Assembly: GCA_963666835.2 (NCBI GenBank)
Contig: CAXXGO010000001.1
Coordinates: 1,152,001 to 1,216,000 of the forward strand
Length of the DNA: 64,000 bases
Origin: Phycisphaerae bacterium
GTDB taxonomy: Bacteria > Planctomycetota > Phycisphaerae > UBA1845
Direction of reading: 5' to 3'
Shown: positions 21,406 to 31,047 of the stretch, one piece after another
How the letters are laid out: every line of letters begins with the position of its first letter
Numbering within the stretch: position 1 is the stretch's first letter
The notes under the pieces: generated by a model
The model's database searches: none
What the model saw: the letters and a program-made list of their open reading frames with translations, nothing else
Told to the model about the DNA's origin: nothing
Made by a program: the position numbers and the translations under genes

Positions 21406-24400
21406 CTACGCATGGTGGTTAGTATGGTCCTGCCGGGTCGGGGACTGGTTCGGTTCGTGCGGACCGTGAGGCGACTTCCACGGCAACGTATTCGTGTCAC
21501 AATTCCGACGACCTGACGGGCATCGTCCGAACGCCGTCTTGCCGGCAACGGCCAGAAGTAAGGCCAGGACGAGCAGTCCCCAGGTAGAGGTTGCCGGGAT
21601 CAACGAGGCGCAGTCCGGTATACCATCGCCGTCCGCGTCAATCGTATCGTCCATGGTCGGGCAAAGGTCGATACAATCGGGAACCGTGTCGCCGTCCGAA
21701 TCGGTCTCCGGGACACCGCAACCGCATTGTCCCGGCACCAGCTTGTCCGGATCGCGTGGACATTCATCGCAGTCGTCGATCGCGCCGTCTCCGTCCGTGT
21801 CGGTTTCACAGTCGTCCGGCACGACGTTGCCGTTGCAGTCTTGCTCGGTGGCCGCCGGGTAGCCCAAGCGGACAAGTAGCTGGGATCCGAACTGACAGGC
21901 TGCGGAATCTACTGCAGTGCTGGGGATGATCTCGAGCGTAGCTTGGCAATCGTTCAGAAGGGCGTTGTACTGCTCGGCCGGTAGGACTAATTCCGCGGAG
22001 TCGAATGTGAACGGGCACTCACGGGCGCCGAACTCGAACATCCGACCGATCTCGCTACCGTTGATGAAAACCGACAAGTATTGGTTTGATCCGGCAAGGT
22101 CGCCGTGGGCGTAGAACAGCAGGGTGACGTCTCCGGTGGCCGGGGGCATCCAGAGCATGTCATACGACAGAGGGTTGTCAGCTCCGAGCGGCGAAAACGC
22201 GGAAGGACGGCGGTAGCTGATGGTGGTCACTTCGCATCCGTCCGGCACGGCATTGAGATTGCAGTCCGGGCAATCTCCTGAGCTGATGTCGCATTCATCG
22301 GGGACCCAATTGCCGTTGCAGTCTTCGCTGGTTTGGTAGGCCAGATCGCAACGATCGGCGATGCCGTTGTAGTTGCAGTCGGGTTCGCATTCGTCGGGGA
22401 TTCCGTTTCGAAGGCAATCGACGCTGGTACCTTCTGCAAGGTCGCAGGCGTCGGCGATTCCATTTGCGTTGCAGTCCGGGTCGCACTCGTCGGGTACTAG
22501 ATTCTCGTCGCAGTCCTCGGTCAGACCGCCGCCGGTTTCGCATGCGTCGGGTAGCCCGTTGGCATTGCAGTCGGCGTATTGCGTGGATTCCTCAAGTCCC
22601 AGATCCACTCGGCAATGACGGATGCGATCGCCACCGGTGAAGTCGTAGGCGGGCAAGTGTGCGGCGGTCTCGGTGCCGGCATCTATGCAGGGCGAGCCCG
22701 CCGCCAACCGTACGTCGTCATCAGCGGTTCCGATGACGTCGTCGGCTCCGTCTGCGTCGACAAACAGTGGATCATGAGAGATGTTGCCGTATCCGATTTC
22801 GTAACGCGACAACTCCTCGACGCAACTGTACCTCAGTTGGACGAAGTCGGCGGTAAGTTGGGCGTTGTGTCCGGTGGACAGGCCGTACTGGGCAACATTG
22901 CCGTACAGAATGCTGTTCTCAACGCCCATGAAGGGTGGCACCGTTCGAGCATCACCAGGCGGTACGGATGTGCCGCTGAGCACTCCGCCGGCGGAACCCC
23001 CGGCCAGGTTGCCGTACACCACACAGTTGGTAAGCCACGGATGGCCTTGCACGTGCCGGAGGGCACCACCGCCCCCCTCGGAGAAGTTGCCGCTGAACAG
23101 GCAGTTGGTGAACGTTGGGTTGCCCTTGGGGCTGTACACGGCGCCGCCGTCGGCGATCGCGTGGTTCCCCACGAACCGGCAGTTGTTGTACAGGGCACTT
23201 CCGGATTCGTTGAGCAGCGCTCCGCCCTTTGCAGCGGTTCCCACGCCGTCGGCATTGCCGGCGGTAACGACGAACCCGTCAACGACAGTCGAACTTCGGG
23301 CGGAGCTACCCACGATCACATGATACGAGTTGTCGTCGATATTGCAGAATCTCCATTCATCATCGCCGTTCAGATCGCCGGACAGGATCGTCGGGTTCGC
23401 AAGCGGGTCGCGTTCATCGAACTGTTCCTCGCGGCCCGCGAACCCGCCGTATAGCGATACGCCGCGGACCAGCTCGAATGATATACTCCGGTCGCCTCCC
23501 GGACCGGCCGGAGTGTAGACTCCACCGGCAACCCACACCTGCGCGCCGGTTCCGCAGGTTTCGTCGGCCGCGCTAAGACCATCCTGCAGGTCGACGAAGG
23601 CATCGTCCCATCCGGTTCCGGTTCCGGCACCTGTGGCTTGGGCGTCTACGAAGAACACGTCGCATTCGTCCAGGGTGCCGTTCCCGTTGCAATCGTAGCT
23701 GGTGCCGCCGGCGAGGTCGCAGATGTCCTGAATACCGTTGTGGTTACAGTCGGTATCGGGTTCGCATTCGTCCGGGATCGCGTTGTCATTGCAGTCGGCG
23801 CTGGCTCCCGTGGCGAGGTCGCACTCGTCCGGGACGCCGTTTTCATTGCAGTCCAAGCTTATCGCGTCGGCGATGTCGCATTCGTCGGGGCGATCGTTAC
23901 GATTGCAGTCCGCGCTGGTGCCCTCGACAATATCGCAGACATCCCACAGACCGTTGCCGTTGCAGTCGGGAGTTCCCGTGCAATCCGTGATCGGGACGTG
24001 GATGGTGACGCACTCGAAAGCCATCGGGGCCACCTGGTAGGGGTCGGGGCACTCCAGCAGGAAGCTGTGGTTCACGATGTCTTCACTAAGGCACACGGTG
24101 AACGTGCCTGCGGCCGTGTCGGACACGTCCAGCACTAAAGTGCCCAGGTAGGCAGTGTCTCCTTCGTCTTGGGCACATTCGTCCATGAACACGACCATGG
24201 CGCCGTATTGGTAGAACTCGATCTCGTCGTTCCAGACGATGGAGAAGTTGGTTCTGTCGAAGAACAGATAATCCGGGCGCTCTTCCATGATGAAGGCCCC
24301 GGCGGAAGGGTCGGGGAGGACGACGGGAGTGAGCGCCCCGGTGAGTTCATTAGTGTAGGTTTCGTGGTCGATCAGGATGTTGTAGGCGGAGAGTTTTCGC

Positions 24401-26436
24401 GGAGCCCAGCGCCGCAGGAACACCTCGATAGTAACCCGGCTCTCCGGAGTGACGGTGACCTCATCCACCGGGCCGCCGGGAATAGGAACAGAGTTCAGCG
24501 CCGACGCCTTCAGCGAGAATACCGGGGCGCAGCTCGGGTCCGTGCTGGGCAATCCGGCGCACTCTCCGTCCGTGCACGTATCTTCGTCGGTACACGAGTT
24601 ACCGTCGTCGCACGCTGCGGTGTTGTCGAGCCAGTGGCACAAGCCGTCCGAGCAAGTTTCGTCGGTACATTCACTCCCGTCCGCGCAGTCGTCGGGAGTG
24701 ACACAGGTTTCGCACTCGTCCGGGACGGCGGTGTTGTTGACGTCGCTGCTGACGCTCTCGGCGAGATCGCATTCGTCCGGACGATCGTTGGCGTTGCAGT
24801 CCTCGGACGCAAAGGTCCGCAAGTCGCATTCATCGGGGATGTCGTTCGCGTTGCAATCTGCGCTAACTGAACTTGAGATGTCGCATTGATCGGCGACGCC
24901 GTTGGCGTTGCAGTCGGGTTCGCATTCGTCCAGGATGTCGTTGTTGTTACAGTCGGTAGCCGTGCCGGCAAGGAGCTCGTCTTCGTCCGCAGTACCGTTG
25001 ACATTACAGTCTCCCAGAGCGGCGGCGGCGTTCAGGAAACCCCCGGTAGCGGTCCGCCCGGTTAGCGTAGATAGCGGTTGCGTGGTATTGAGAATCCGAT
25101 CGCGTACCTGGAGCCAGGTTAGGTCCGGGCGTCGGCCCATGATAAGGGCCACCGTCCCGGTGACATGCGGAGTGGCCATGGAGCATCCCGTGCTGTAACC
25201 ATAGTCCCCATTGGGGATGGTGCTCAGGATGTTCACGCCGGGAGCGGCGAGATCGACCGAGACGGTCCCGACAACCGAGAGGGCGGAAAGAAGGCCGTCG
25301 TTGTCAATGGAGGCCACGGTGATCATGTTGGGCAGGTCGAAGCTGGCCGGGATCACCGGGTTGATGTCGATGTCTCTTCCAAAGAAGTTGCCGGCGGCGG
25401 CTACGAAGAGGTGGCCGATGCTTTGGGTCTGGGCGATGGCGTCGTAGAGGGCTTGGTCGAACGGGGCGATTGTTCCCCAACTGTTGTTGGATACTCTGAT
25501 GCCGTTGTCGATCACGTATTCGAGTCCCTCGACGGCGTCGGAAACGTATCCGTTACCGTCCGGGCCGAGGATCTTCACGGCGACGATGCGGCATTGCCAG
25601 TTGACCCCCGCTACGCCCAACCCGTTGTCACCCACCGCGCCGATAGTCCCGGCCACGTGCGTTCCGTGGTAGTTGTCATCCATTGGATCGCTGTCGTCGT
25701 TGCAGGTGTCGTAGCCGTGGACATCGTCGACCCAACCGTTGCCGTCGTCGTCGAGTCCGTTGTTCGGGACCTCGCCGGGGTTCGTCCAGATGTTGGCAAC
25801 GAGGTCCGGGTGGTTGTAGTCCACCCCGGTGTCGAGAACGGCGATCCGCAAGTCCGGACCGCCCGTCCAAAGATCCCAGGCATTTATTGCGTGAATATCC
25901 ACCCCGTTTGTGCCCGGGTCCGGAGGAGCACTACTAATAGTCTGACCGTGATTGTACATCCCCCACAGCTCTTCGAGGAGCGGGTCGTTTGGCGTGGCAG
26001 AGGTTTGGAGGACGTAGTCCGGTTGGGCATAGCGGACGGACGGGCTGAGACGCAGAGCGGATATGGCGTCCGTGAGCTCGTCGGGCTCAACTTCCGCAAG
26101 GAACAGCCCGTCGACGACACGGAACTCCTTCAGAACGTTACTGACACCGGCGGCGGTGAACACCGCCTGGCGGTCCGAACGCGTCGACTTGGGTTCCAGG
26201 CGAATGAGCAGGCGCCTCGGATGGAACCCCGCGTCTTGTAGTGACTCTGATATGTCACCACCGGCATCCTGCCGCTGATGGGCAAATGCGATGATTGTGT
26301 CCGATTCGTCGGCGGATTCAGCGCCTCCGGCATTCGCCCAAGGGACGACGGCCAGCAGCATAGGTAGGACTCTCGTAAAGATGAGACAAAACGGCCTCGG
26401 TCCGGACGTTCGCAGATGGACTACACGTTGGGGCAT
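21406..26436 (-). CDS. Secreted S8 subtilisin-like protease with Cys-rich repeats, a beta-helix domain, TSP3-like repeats and IPTL-CTERM (1676 aa)
   Basis: Catalytic triad in AVLDTG, HGTHVAG, GCSMATPHV; AAAGN; many DCNxNGxPDECD repeats; C-terminal IPATSTWGLLVLALLLAVAG. Confidence 0.92.
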   Translation of the reverse strand: MPQRVVHLRTSGPRPFCLIFTRVLPMLLAVVPWANAGGAESADESDTIIAFAHQRQDAGGDISESLQDAGFHPRRLLIRLEPKSTRSDRQAVFTAAGVSNVLKEFRVVDGLFLAEVEPDELTDAISALRLSPSVRYAQPDYVLQTSATPNDPLLEELWGMYNHGQTISSAPPDPGTNGVDIHAINAWDLWTGGPDLRIAVLDTGVDYNHPDLVANIWTNPGEVPNNGLDDDGNGWVDDVHGYDTCNDDSDPMDDNYHGTHVAGTIGAVGDNGLGVAGVNWQCRIVAVKILGPDGNGYVSDAVEGLEYVIDNGIRVSNNSWGTIAPFDQALYDAIAQTQSIGHLFVAAAGNFFGRDIDINPVIPASFDLPNMITVASIDNDGLLSALSVVGTVSVDLAAPGVNILSTIPNGDYGYSTGCSMATPHVTGTVALIMGRRPDLTWLQVRDRILNTTQPLSTLTGRTATGGFLNAAAALGDCNVNGTADEDELLAGTATDCNNNDILDECEPDCNANGVADQCDISSSVSADCNANDIPDECDLRTFASEDCNANDRPDECDLAESVSSDVNNTAVPDECETCVTPDDCADGSECTDETCSDGLCHWLDNTAACDDGNSCTDEDTCTDGECAGLPSTDPSCAPVFSLKASALNSVPIPGGPVDEVTVTPESRVTIEVFLRRWAPRKLSAYNILIDHETYTNELTGALTPVVLPDPSAGAFIMEERPDYLFFDRTNFSIVWNDEIEFYQYGAMVVFMDECAQDEGDTAYLGTLVLDVSDTAAGTFTVCLSEDIVNHSFLLECPDPYQVAPMAFECVTIHVPITDCTGTPDCNGNGLWDVCDIVEGTSADCNRNDRPDECDIADAISLDCNENGVPDECDLATGASADCNDNAIPDECEPDTDCNHNGIQDICDLAGGTSYDCNGNGTLDECDVFFVDAQATGAGTGTGWDDAFVDLQDGLSAADETCGTGAQVWVAGGVYTPAGPGGDRSISFELVRGVSLYGGFAGREEQFDERDPLANPTILSGDLNGDDEWRFCNIDDNSYHVIVGSSARSSTVVDGFVVTAGNADGVGTAAKGGALLNESGSALYNNCRFVGNHAIADGGAVYSPKGNPTFTNCLFSGNFSEGGGGALRHVQGHPWLTNCVVYGNLAGGSAGGVLSGTSVPPGDARTVPPFMGVENSILYGNVAQYGLSTGHNAQLTADFVQLRYSCVEELSRYEIGYGNISHDPLFVDADGADDVIGTADDDVRLAAGSPCIDAGTETAAHLPAYDFTGGDRIRHCRVDLGLEESTQYADCNANGLPDACETGGGLTEDCDENLVPDECDPDCNANGIADACDLAEGTSVDCLRNGIPDECEPDCNYNGIADRCDLAYQTSEDCNGNWVPDECDISSGDCPDCNLNAVPDGCEVTTISYRRPSAFSPLGADNPLSYDMLWMPPATGDVTLLFYAHGDLAGSNQYLSVFINGSEIGRMFEFGARECPFTFDSAELVLPAEQYNALLNDCQATLEIIPSTAVDSAACQFGSQLLVRLGYPAATEQDCNGNVVPDDCETDTDGDGAIDDCDECPRDPDKLVPGQCGCGVPETDSDGDTVPDCIDLCPTMDDTIDADGDGIPDCASLIPATSTWGLLVLALLLAVAGKTAFGRCPSGRRNCDTNTLPWKSPHGPHEPNQSPTRQDHTNHHA

Positions 26437-26789
26437 GGTTCACTTGCCTCGCACTTCCCGGGGTGTTTCCCGTTTAGGGGAGCCGAGTGCTGCTCACCTG
26501 CCGGTTGAATGCACCGAGCCACCCCAGAACTGCGCGTAGCGCGCGAAACCGGCCCGGCCACCCCTTCATTTAACATATCGTTCTGCGGTCTGCCGGACAA
26601 GAAAATACCGGAGGCGCGCCGCGCGCCCGGATGGTGGAGTGGCTTCACGTTCGAAGGCCGACGGCAGTTCGTATCCGACCGCTGTGCCGGGCAAGTGCCG
26701 TTTTCATGTAGGCAACGGCAATCTCAGTTGTGTCATTGTTGCTTGAGCGGTGGTACACGAGAATCCGGATCTACTTTGCTGGAAGCGGC

Positions 26790-27281
26790 CTAGTAGAATA
26801 GCGTCATGATGAGGTTGGGCTCGGTGTGCTTGCCCTCGAACATACCGATTGTGGCGGTGCTGAACTTGATCTCGATATTGTGATTCCGGTCCAGCCAGTC
26901 GTTGATTTGCTTATCCATGAAGTCGATAGCGCCCTGGCTGAGCTTCGAGTGGAAGGTTCGGCAGCGGCAAGCCCCAGAGCTGCGCGGGTCTACCGGCCTT
27001 TTGTATTGCGATTCGTCGTGCGCCCCGCCCTTACCCAGCGTGTCCTCGGTTGTCATGATCCGAGTACCCGACATGTCGATCTTGGTGCTCGCGTTATCGT
27101 CGGACTCGAACGAGATCGGCTCGAGGATATCGGTGGCGTCGGCGACGGCCTGTTGCTTCTCCTTGACGCAGTGGGGGCAGAGCAGCCGGCCGTTTATCTG
27201 CTTGGCTATGCCGGACTCAATGTGCTCGGGATAAATGGTCGCTCCGCAACCCTTGCAACTCTTCGTATCTTCTGACGCCAT
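26790..27281 (-). CDS. Hypothetical protein with N-terminal Zn-binding motif
   Basis: CKGC...CPHC; AAGGAG RBS; upstream TTGACG-18-TAGAAT at 27316-27345. Confidence 0.8.
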   Translation of the reverse strand: MASEDTKSCKGCGATIYPEHIESGIAKQINGRLLCPHCVKEKQQAVADATDILEPISFESDDNASTKIDMSGTRIMTTEDTLGKGGAHDESQYKRPVDPRSSGACRCRTFHSKLSQGAIDFMDKQINDWLDRNHNIEIKFSTATIGMFEGKHTEPNLIMTLFY

Positions 27282-27356
27282 AGGGGAATACTCCTTCCGA
27301 TAATGGTACAGAGGTATTCTAGCGGCTGCGGTGTAGGGGCGTCAAGGACTCGCGGT

Positions 27357-28049
27357 TCAGGCTTCCTTGATGATCGCCACTCCTGCGGAAGTGCCCAGGC
27401 GTTCCGCTCCCGCCGCCAGCATAGCACGCGCTTGCGCGGCCGTTCGGATGCCCCCTGAAGCCTTGACCTTGAGCGGGGCGGCTGCGCGGCATAGCAAGCG
27501 GACCTGCTCTTCGGTGGCACCTCCGGATGGGTGGAACCCCGTCGAGGTCTTTACGAAATCTGCGCCGGCTTCGACGCAGCAGCGGCAGCCGAGGATCGTC
27601 TGCTCCGTTGTAAGGGCTCCCGCCTCCAAGATGACTTTGAGGATCCGCCCGTTGCCGCTTTCGTGGACTACCCGGGCCACGGCTTCGATGTCCCGGCCGA
27701 CGGCTACGCAGTCTTCTTCGATAAGGGAACCGACGGATATTACCATGTCAATCTCACCGGCGCCGTCGTCGAGAGCCCGACGAGCCTGGTCGACCTTCGT
27801 AGCGGTGCAGTCCGCTCCGAGAGGGAAGCCGGCGACTGAAGTGACCGTCGGTTGGGGTTGTCCGTCGGCCGGGCTGCCGTTTGCGAGGCGGCTGGCGGCC
27901 CGCCGGACGTGAATCGGGTTCACGCATGCCGTGGCGAAACCGTATTCCAGCACCTCGTCGCAGAGGGCGTCGATCTGGTCGGTAGTTACTTCCGGCTTGA
28001 GGAGGGTGTGGTCAATCCGGCGGGCCAGTTCCGTATCAACATTGTTCAT
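27357..28049 (-). CDS. deoC: Deoxyribose-phosphate aldolase
   Basis: IDHTLLKP, GFPLGA, EIDMV, KVILE, DFVKTSTGF, KASGGIR, RLGTS. Confidence 0.97.
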   Translation of the reverse strand: MNNVDTELARRIDHTLLKPEVTTDQIDALCDEVLEYGFATACVNPIHVRRAASRLANGSPADGQPQPTVTSVAGFPLGADCTATKVDQARRALDDGAGEIDMVISVGSLIEEDCVAVGRDIEAVARVVHESGNGRILKVILEAGALTTEQTILGCRCCVEAGADFVKTSTGFHPSGGATEEQVRLLCRAAAPLKVKASGGIRTAAQARAMLAAGAERLGTSAGVAIIKEA

Positions 28050-29329
28050 ATCTCGATTCCCAGCGGAGCGTATTCGTTAATGAGGCGGGCGATCCCGTCA
28101 TTATCTCCAAGGTACCTTACCCGCATTCGTTCGGCGGTGGTACCTAACGAAGGCAGCCTGGTGGCGGCCCGATCTACGATTCCCAGAGCGGCGGCAAAAT
28201 CTTCAAACGATGTCGAGCTCCGGCCGGCCGCGACGGCAATGTAGCGCGTCAACCAGCCCGAGGCCGCTATGGCGAGCCACAGCGCGGTCAGTCCGCTGAA
28301 TACCGGCCAGCCGTAGAAGCCCTCGCCGAACACCGATCGCCCGGCGATGCGGGCGGTCAGATAGCGGTTAACCAGGTCCCGAGTCGGGATGAGTGCGTCT
28401 GCGGAGGTTACAGTCGCCTCTATTTCAGCGAACTGAACGGCAGCTTGGTACCCCGGTAAGGGAGGCACGGTGCCGGTGCCGCGCAGGAAGCTGCCGGCCT
28501 TGCGGACTTGCCGGAACCGTTTAGCGAACCGCGCTCCGAACCATGAGCGAAGCTCAGCTAAGGTAAGGTGTTCGGAATGGGCGAACGCCAACTGTCGAAG
28601 CATGCCGCGTTGCCTATCCGTCGGGGGCTCGGGCGTCTCGCAAAGCGCGGCCCGCAGAGACTGGAACAGCAGATTGAGCAACTCTGTGAAACGGGGACCG
28701 CGGACGTTCTTCAAGGTGGCTTGCTGCAACGTCGTTGTCACTCGGGCCGCGCCGATCAGTCGGTTCATCAGCGGGATATCTTGGCGCTTGAGCCAGCGAG
28801 TGTACCGGTTCAGTACGGCGTCGGTTTCTTCGGGCGCAGCTCGTAGACCTCGTTGCAGGTTATCCGACTCGTCGCGGACCGGGGGGCGGTGTTCGATATG
28901 CGTTACTAACTCGCTGAGCCACGCGTGGTATTGACCAATCGGCCGGCCTTCTGACGAGGCGGAGTTAGGGCAATCGAATCTGAGCGAGGCCTGCCACCCG
29001 AGAGGAATCGGGCGGACCGAAAACGGGAATACGCGGCACGCGAACGGCTTGCCCTCTTCGCCGAACTCTGCGTGGATACGACAGCGGCCGTCGTCGTCGA
29101 GGAACACGCAACTTCCGTCGGGGTGTTTGTTGATTACGTGGCCGCGGCCGGCGCGGACATAGGGCCGGACGTCCAGTCGTTCCTTCCAACCCTGGCTATC
29201 GAGCCGTGCTCGGTCTTCCGCGAACAGGTGGGCGACGAGGACCCGACAGCATTGCCCGCACGCGCTGCACGACCAACACTGTCCCGGCACGACGGGAATA
29301 GCCACCGGCATTGACCGAGACGCGCTCAT
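28046..29329 (-). CDS. YkgJ/FliB-like cysteine-cluster protein
   Basis: CSACGQCC...CVFL...CRIH...KPFACRVFPF. ATGA overlap with deoC. Confidence 0.8.
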   Translation of the reverse strand: MSASRSMPVAIPVVPGQCWSCSACGQCCRVLVAHLFAEDRARLDSQGWKERLDVRPYVRAGRGHVINKHPDGSCVFLDDDGRCRIHAEFGEEGKPFACRVFPFSVRPIPLGWQASLRFDCPNSASSEGRPIGQYHAWLSELVTHIEHRPPVRDESDNLQRGLRAAPEETDAVLNRYTRWLKRQDIPLMNRLIGAARVTTTLQQATLKNVRGPRFTELLNLLFQSLRAALCETPEPPTDRQRGMLRQLAFAHSEHLTLAELRSWFGARFAKRFRQVRKAGSFLRGTGTVPPLPGYQAAVQFAEIEATVTSADALIPTRDLVNRYLTARIAGRSVFGEGFYGWPVFSGLTALWLAIAASGWLTRYIAVAAGRSSTSFEDFAAALGIVDRAATRLPSLGTTAERMRVRYLGDNDGIARLINEYAPLGIEI

Positions 29330-29370
29330 TCACAGGATTGTCCGACGAACTCCACGCCAACGCAACCAAA

Positions 29371-30143
29371 AAAAGGGGTCGGGAGTCTTTGTTGACATGC
29401 CCGAGGGGGTGTGGTAGGAACCGAGCATGCCAAGACGACCTCGAATGGCGATGGGTGGACTGGCGTATCACGTTCTGAACCGGGCGGTGGGGCGTGGTTC
29501 GCTCTTCGACAAGGCGGCCGACTACGAAGCGTTCGAGCAAGTGCTGGATCAGGCTTGGAGGCGGGTGCCGACACGGATCGCGTGCTACTGCCTTATGCCA
29601 AACCACTGGCACATGGTCCTGTGGCCGCGAGAGGACGGGGAGCTGTCGGAGTTCATGCGCTGGCTCACCGTGACGCACGCCCAGCGATGGCACGCCCACC
29701 ATGGCACGGCCGGGCGGGGTCCGATCTACCAAGGGCGGTTCAAGTCGTTCCCCATCCAGCAGGATGACCACTTTCTCAACGTGTGCCGTTATGTCGAGCA
29801 GAACGCCTTGCGGGCGAGTCTGACCGATAGGGCGGAGGACTGGAGATGGGGCAGCTTGTGGCGACGCCGCAACGTCAAGGCCGAGGGGCGGGCGTTTTTG
29901 CTATCGCCGTTGGACTGGCCGGTGCCTCCGCCGCGGAACTGGCTGGCGTTGGTGAACCGGTCCCAAACTGCGGGGGAGGTCGATGCGGTGCAGCGGTCGG
30001 TGCTGCGTGGGGCTCCGTTCGGCGACGAAGGATGGCAGAGGCGGACGGCCGCGCGGCTCGGATTGGACTCGACCTTACGACCACGAGGTCGCCCGAAGAT
30101 CGTCAAGCCCGAGCGTGGCCAATAAAGACTCCCGACCCCTTTT
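29371..30143 (+). mobile_element. Y1 transposase element with 20-bp perfect terminal inverted repeats
   Basis: AAAAGGGGTCGGGAGTCTTT (29371-29390) and AAAGACTCCCGACCCCTTTT (30124-30143) enclose only the transposase gene. Confidence 0.8.
29427..30125 (+). CDS. REP-associated-type (RAYT/IS200-like) HUH Y1 tyrosine transposase
   Basis: MPRRPR, YHVLNR, YCLMPNHWH (HUH), QGRFKS, RYVEQN (catalytic Tyr), WRWGS. Confidence 0.92.
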   Translation: MPRRPRMAMGGLAYHVLNRAVGRGSLFDKAADYEAFEQVLDQAWRRVPTRIACYCLMPNHWHMVLWPREDGELSEFMRWLTVTHAQRWHAHHGTAGRGPIYQGRFKSFPIQQDDHFLNVCRYVEQNALRASLTDRAEDWRWGSLWRRRNVKAEGRAFLLSPLDWPVPPPRNWLALVNRSQTAGEVDAVQRSVLRGAPFGDEGWQRRTAARLGLDSTLRPRGRPKIVKPERGQ

Positions 30144-30159
30144 CTGGAGGAACGGATCG

Positions 30160-30780
30160 ATGGCTGAGGTGCTGGTTTCGGGATGGAATGGTGGTAATCG
30201 ATTCACCGTGTGGCTGCTGATTGCCGCGGTCGGATTCTGTGCGATGGGCGGGGGATGCGACACCAAGAACATCGGGCCAGGTCTCCTGCCGATCGGGGTA
30301 ACTGTCAGCTTCTCCTACCTTCCGGACGAGCCGACCGCCGGCGAGGAGGTGACGTTCTATGCCACCGCCACGACGGCCTCCGGGGTGATAACCGAGTACC
30401 AATGGAACTTCGGCGACAATGGATCCGACAGAGGGGATACGTCGACCACGACACATGTATACGCCGGCGCGGGGACGTATACGATTACGCTTACCGTGTT
30501 GGACGATAATGGGACTCCCGGCACTGCGACCAAGGTGATTACCATCGCCGAGGCGGATGGCGAGGAGACCACGTGCGAAGATTACGTAACTTACGTCAGC
30601 GACTTGCCGTGCAGCACCGAAGAGACCACCGAGGGTTTCGGTTGCCATGATAATCTGAGCGATTTCTGCACCGGGGTCGGACCGTTCTACCAGTGCCGGA
30701 TCGATAACACCTACTGCGACGACGACGGCAATCTGGTTATGGACATCGAACAGTGCGACGCGATCTTGGACTGTTCATAG
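30160..30780 (+). CDS. Exported PKD-domain protein, possible lipoprotein
   Basis: GGAGG RBS; hydrophobic N-terminus ending GGGC; YQWNFGD...HVYAGAGTYTITLTV; Cys-rich tail. Confidence 0.82.
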   Translation: MAEVLVSGWNGGNRFTVWLLIAAVGFCAMGGGCDTKNIGPGLLPIGVTVSFSYLPDEPTAGEEVTFYATATTASGVITEYQWNFGDNGSDRGDTSTTTHVYAGAGTYTITLTVLDDNGTPGTATKVITIAEADGEETTCEDYVTYVSDLPCSTEETTEGFGCHDNLSDFCTGVGPFYQCRIDNTYCDDDGNLVMDIEQCDAILDCS

Positions 30781-31047
30781 GAGATAAGATTGATAGTCTC
30801 GGCTCAGCCGTTTACCGGCGGTGGAGACCTTCGGTCACGCTGCGAAAACGTCTCGCGAGACCCGGGGCGAAAGAACTGGAAAATCCTCGGAAGACGCGCA
30901 GAGGCCCGAATTGCTGATATCGGCGAGCACGCCATCCTCGGCCCCCTACGCTTGCAGGCTCTTACGGTATACCTCCCAGACCGCACGTCGGAAGTCGCGT
31001 GGTCTGTTGCGCTGGTTGGTCGGTATGTCTGATCGCGGTCTGTAAAC

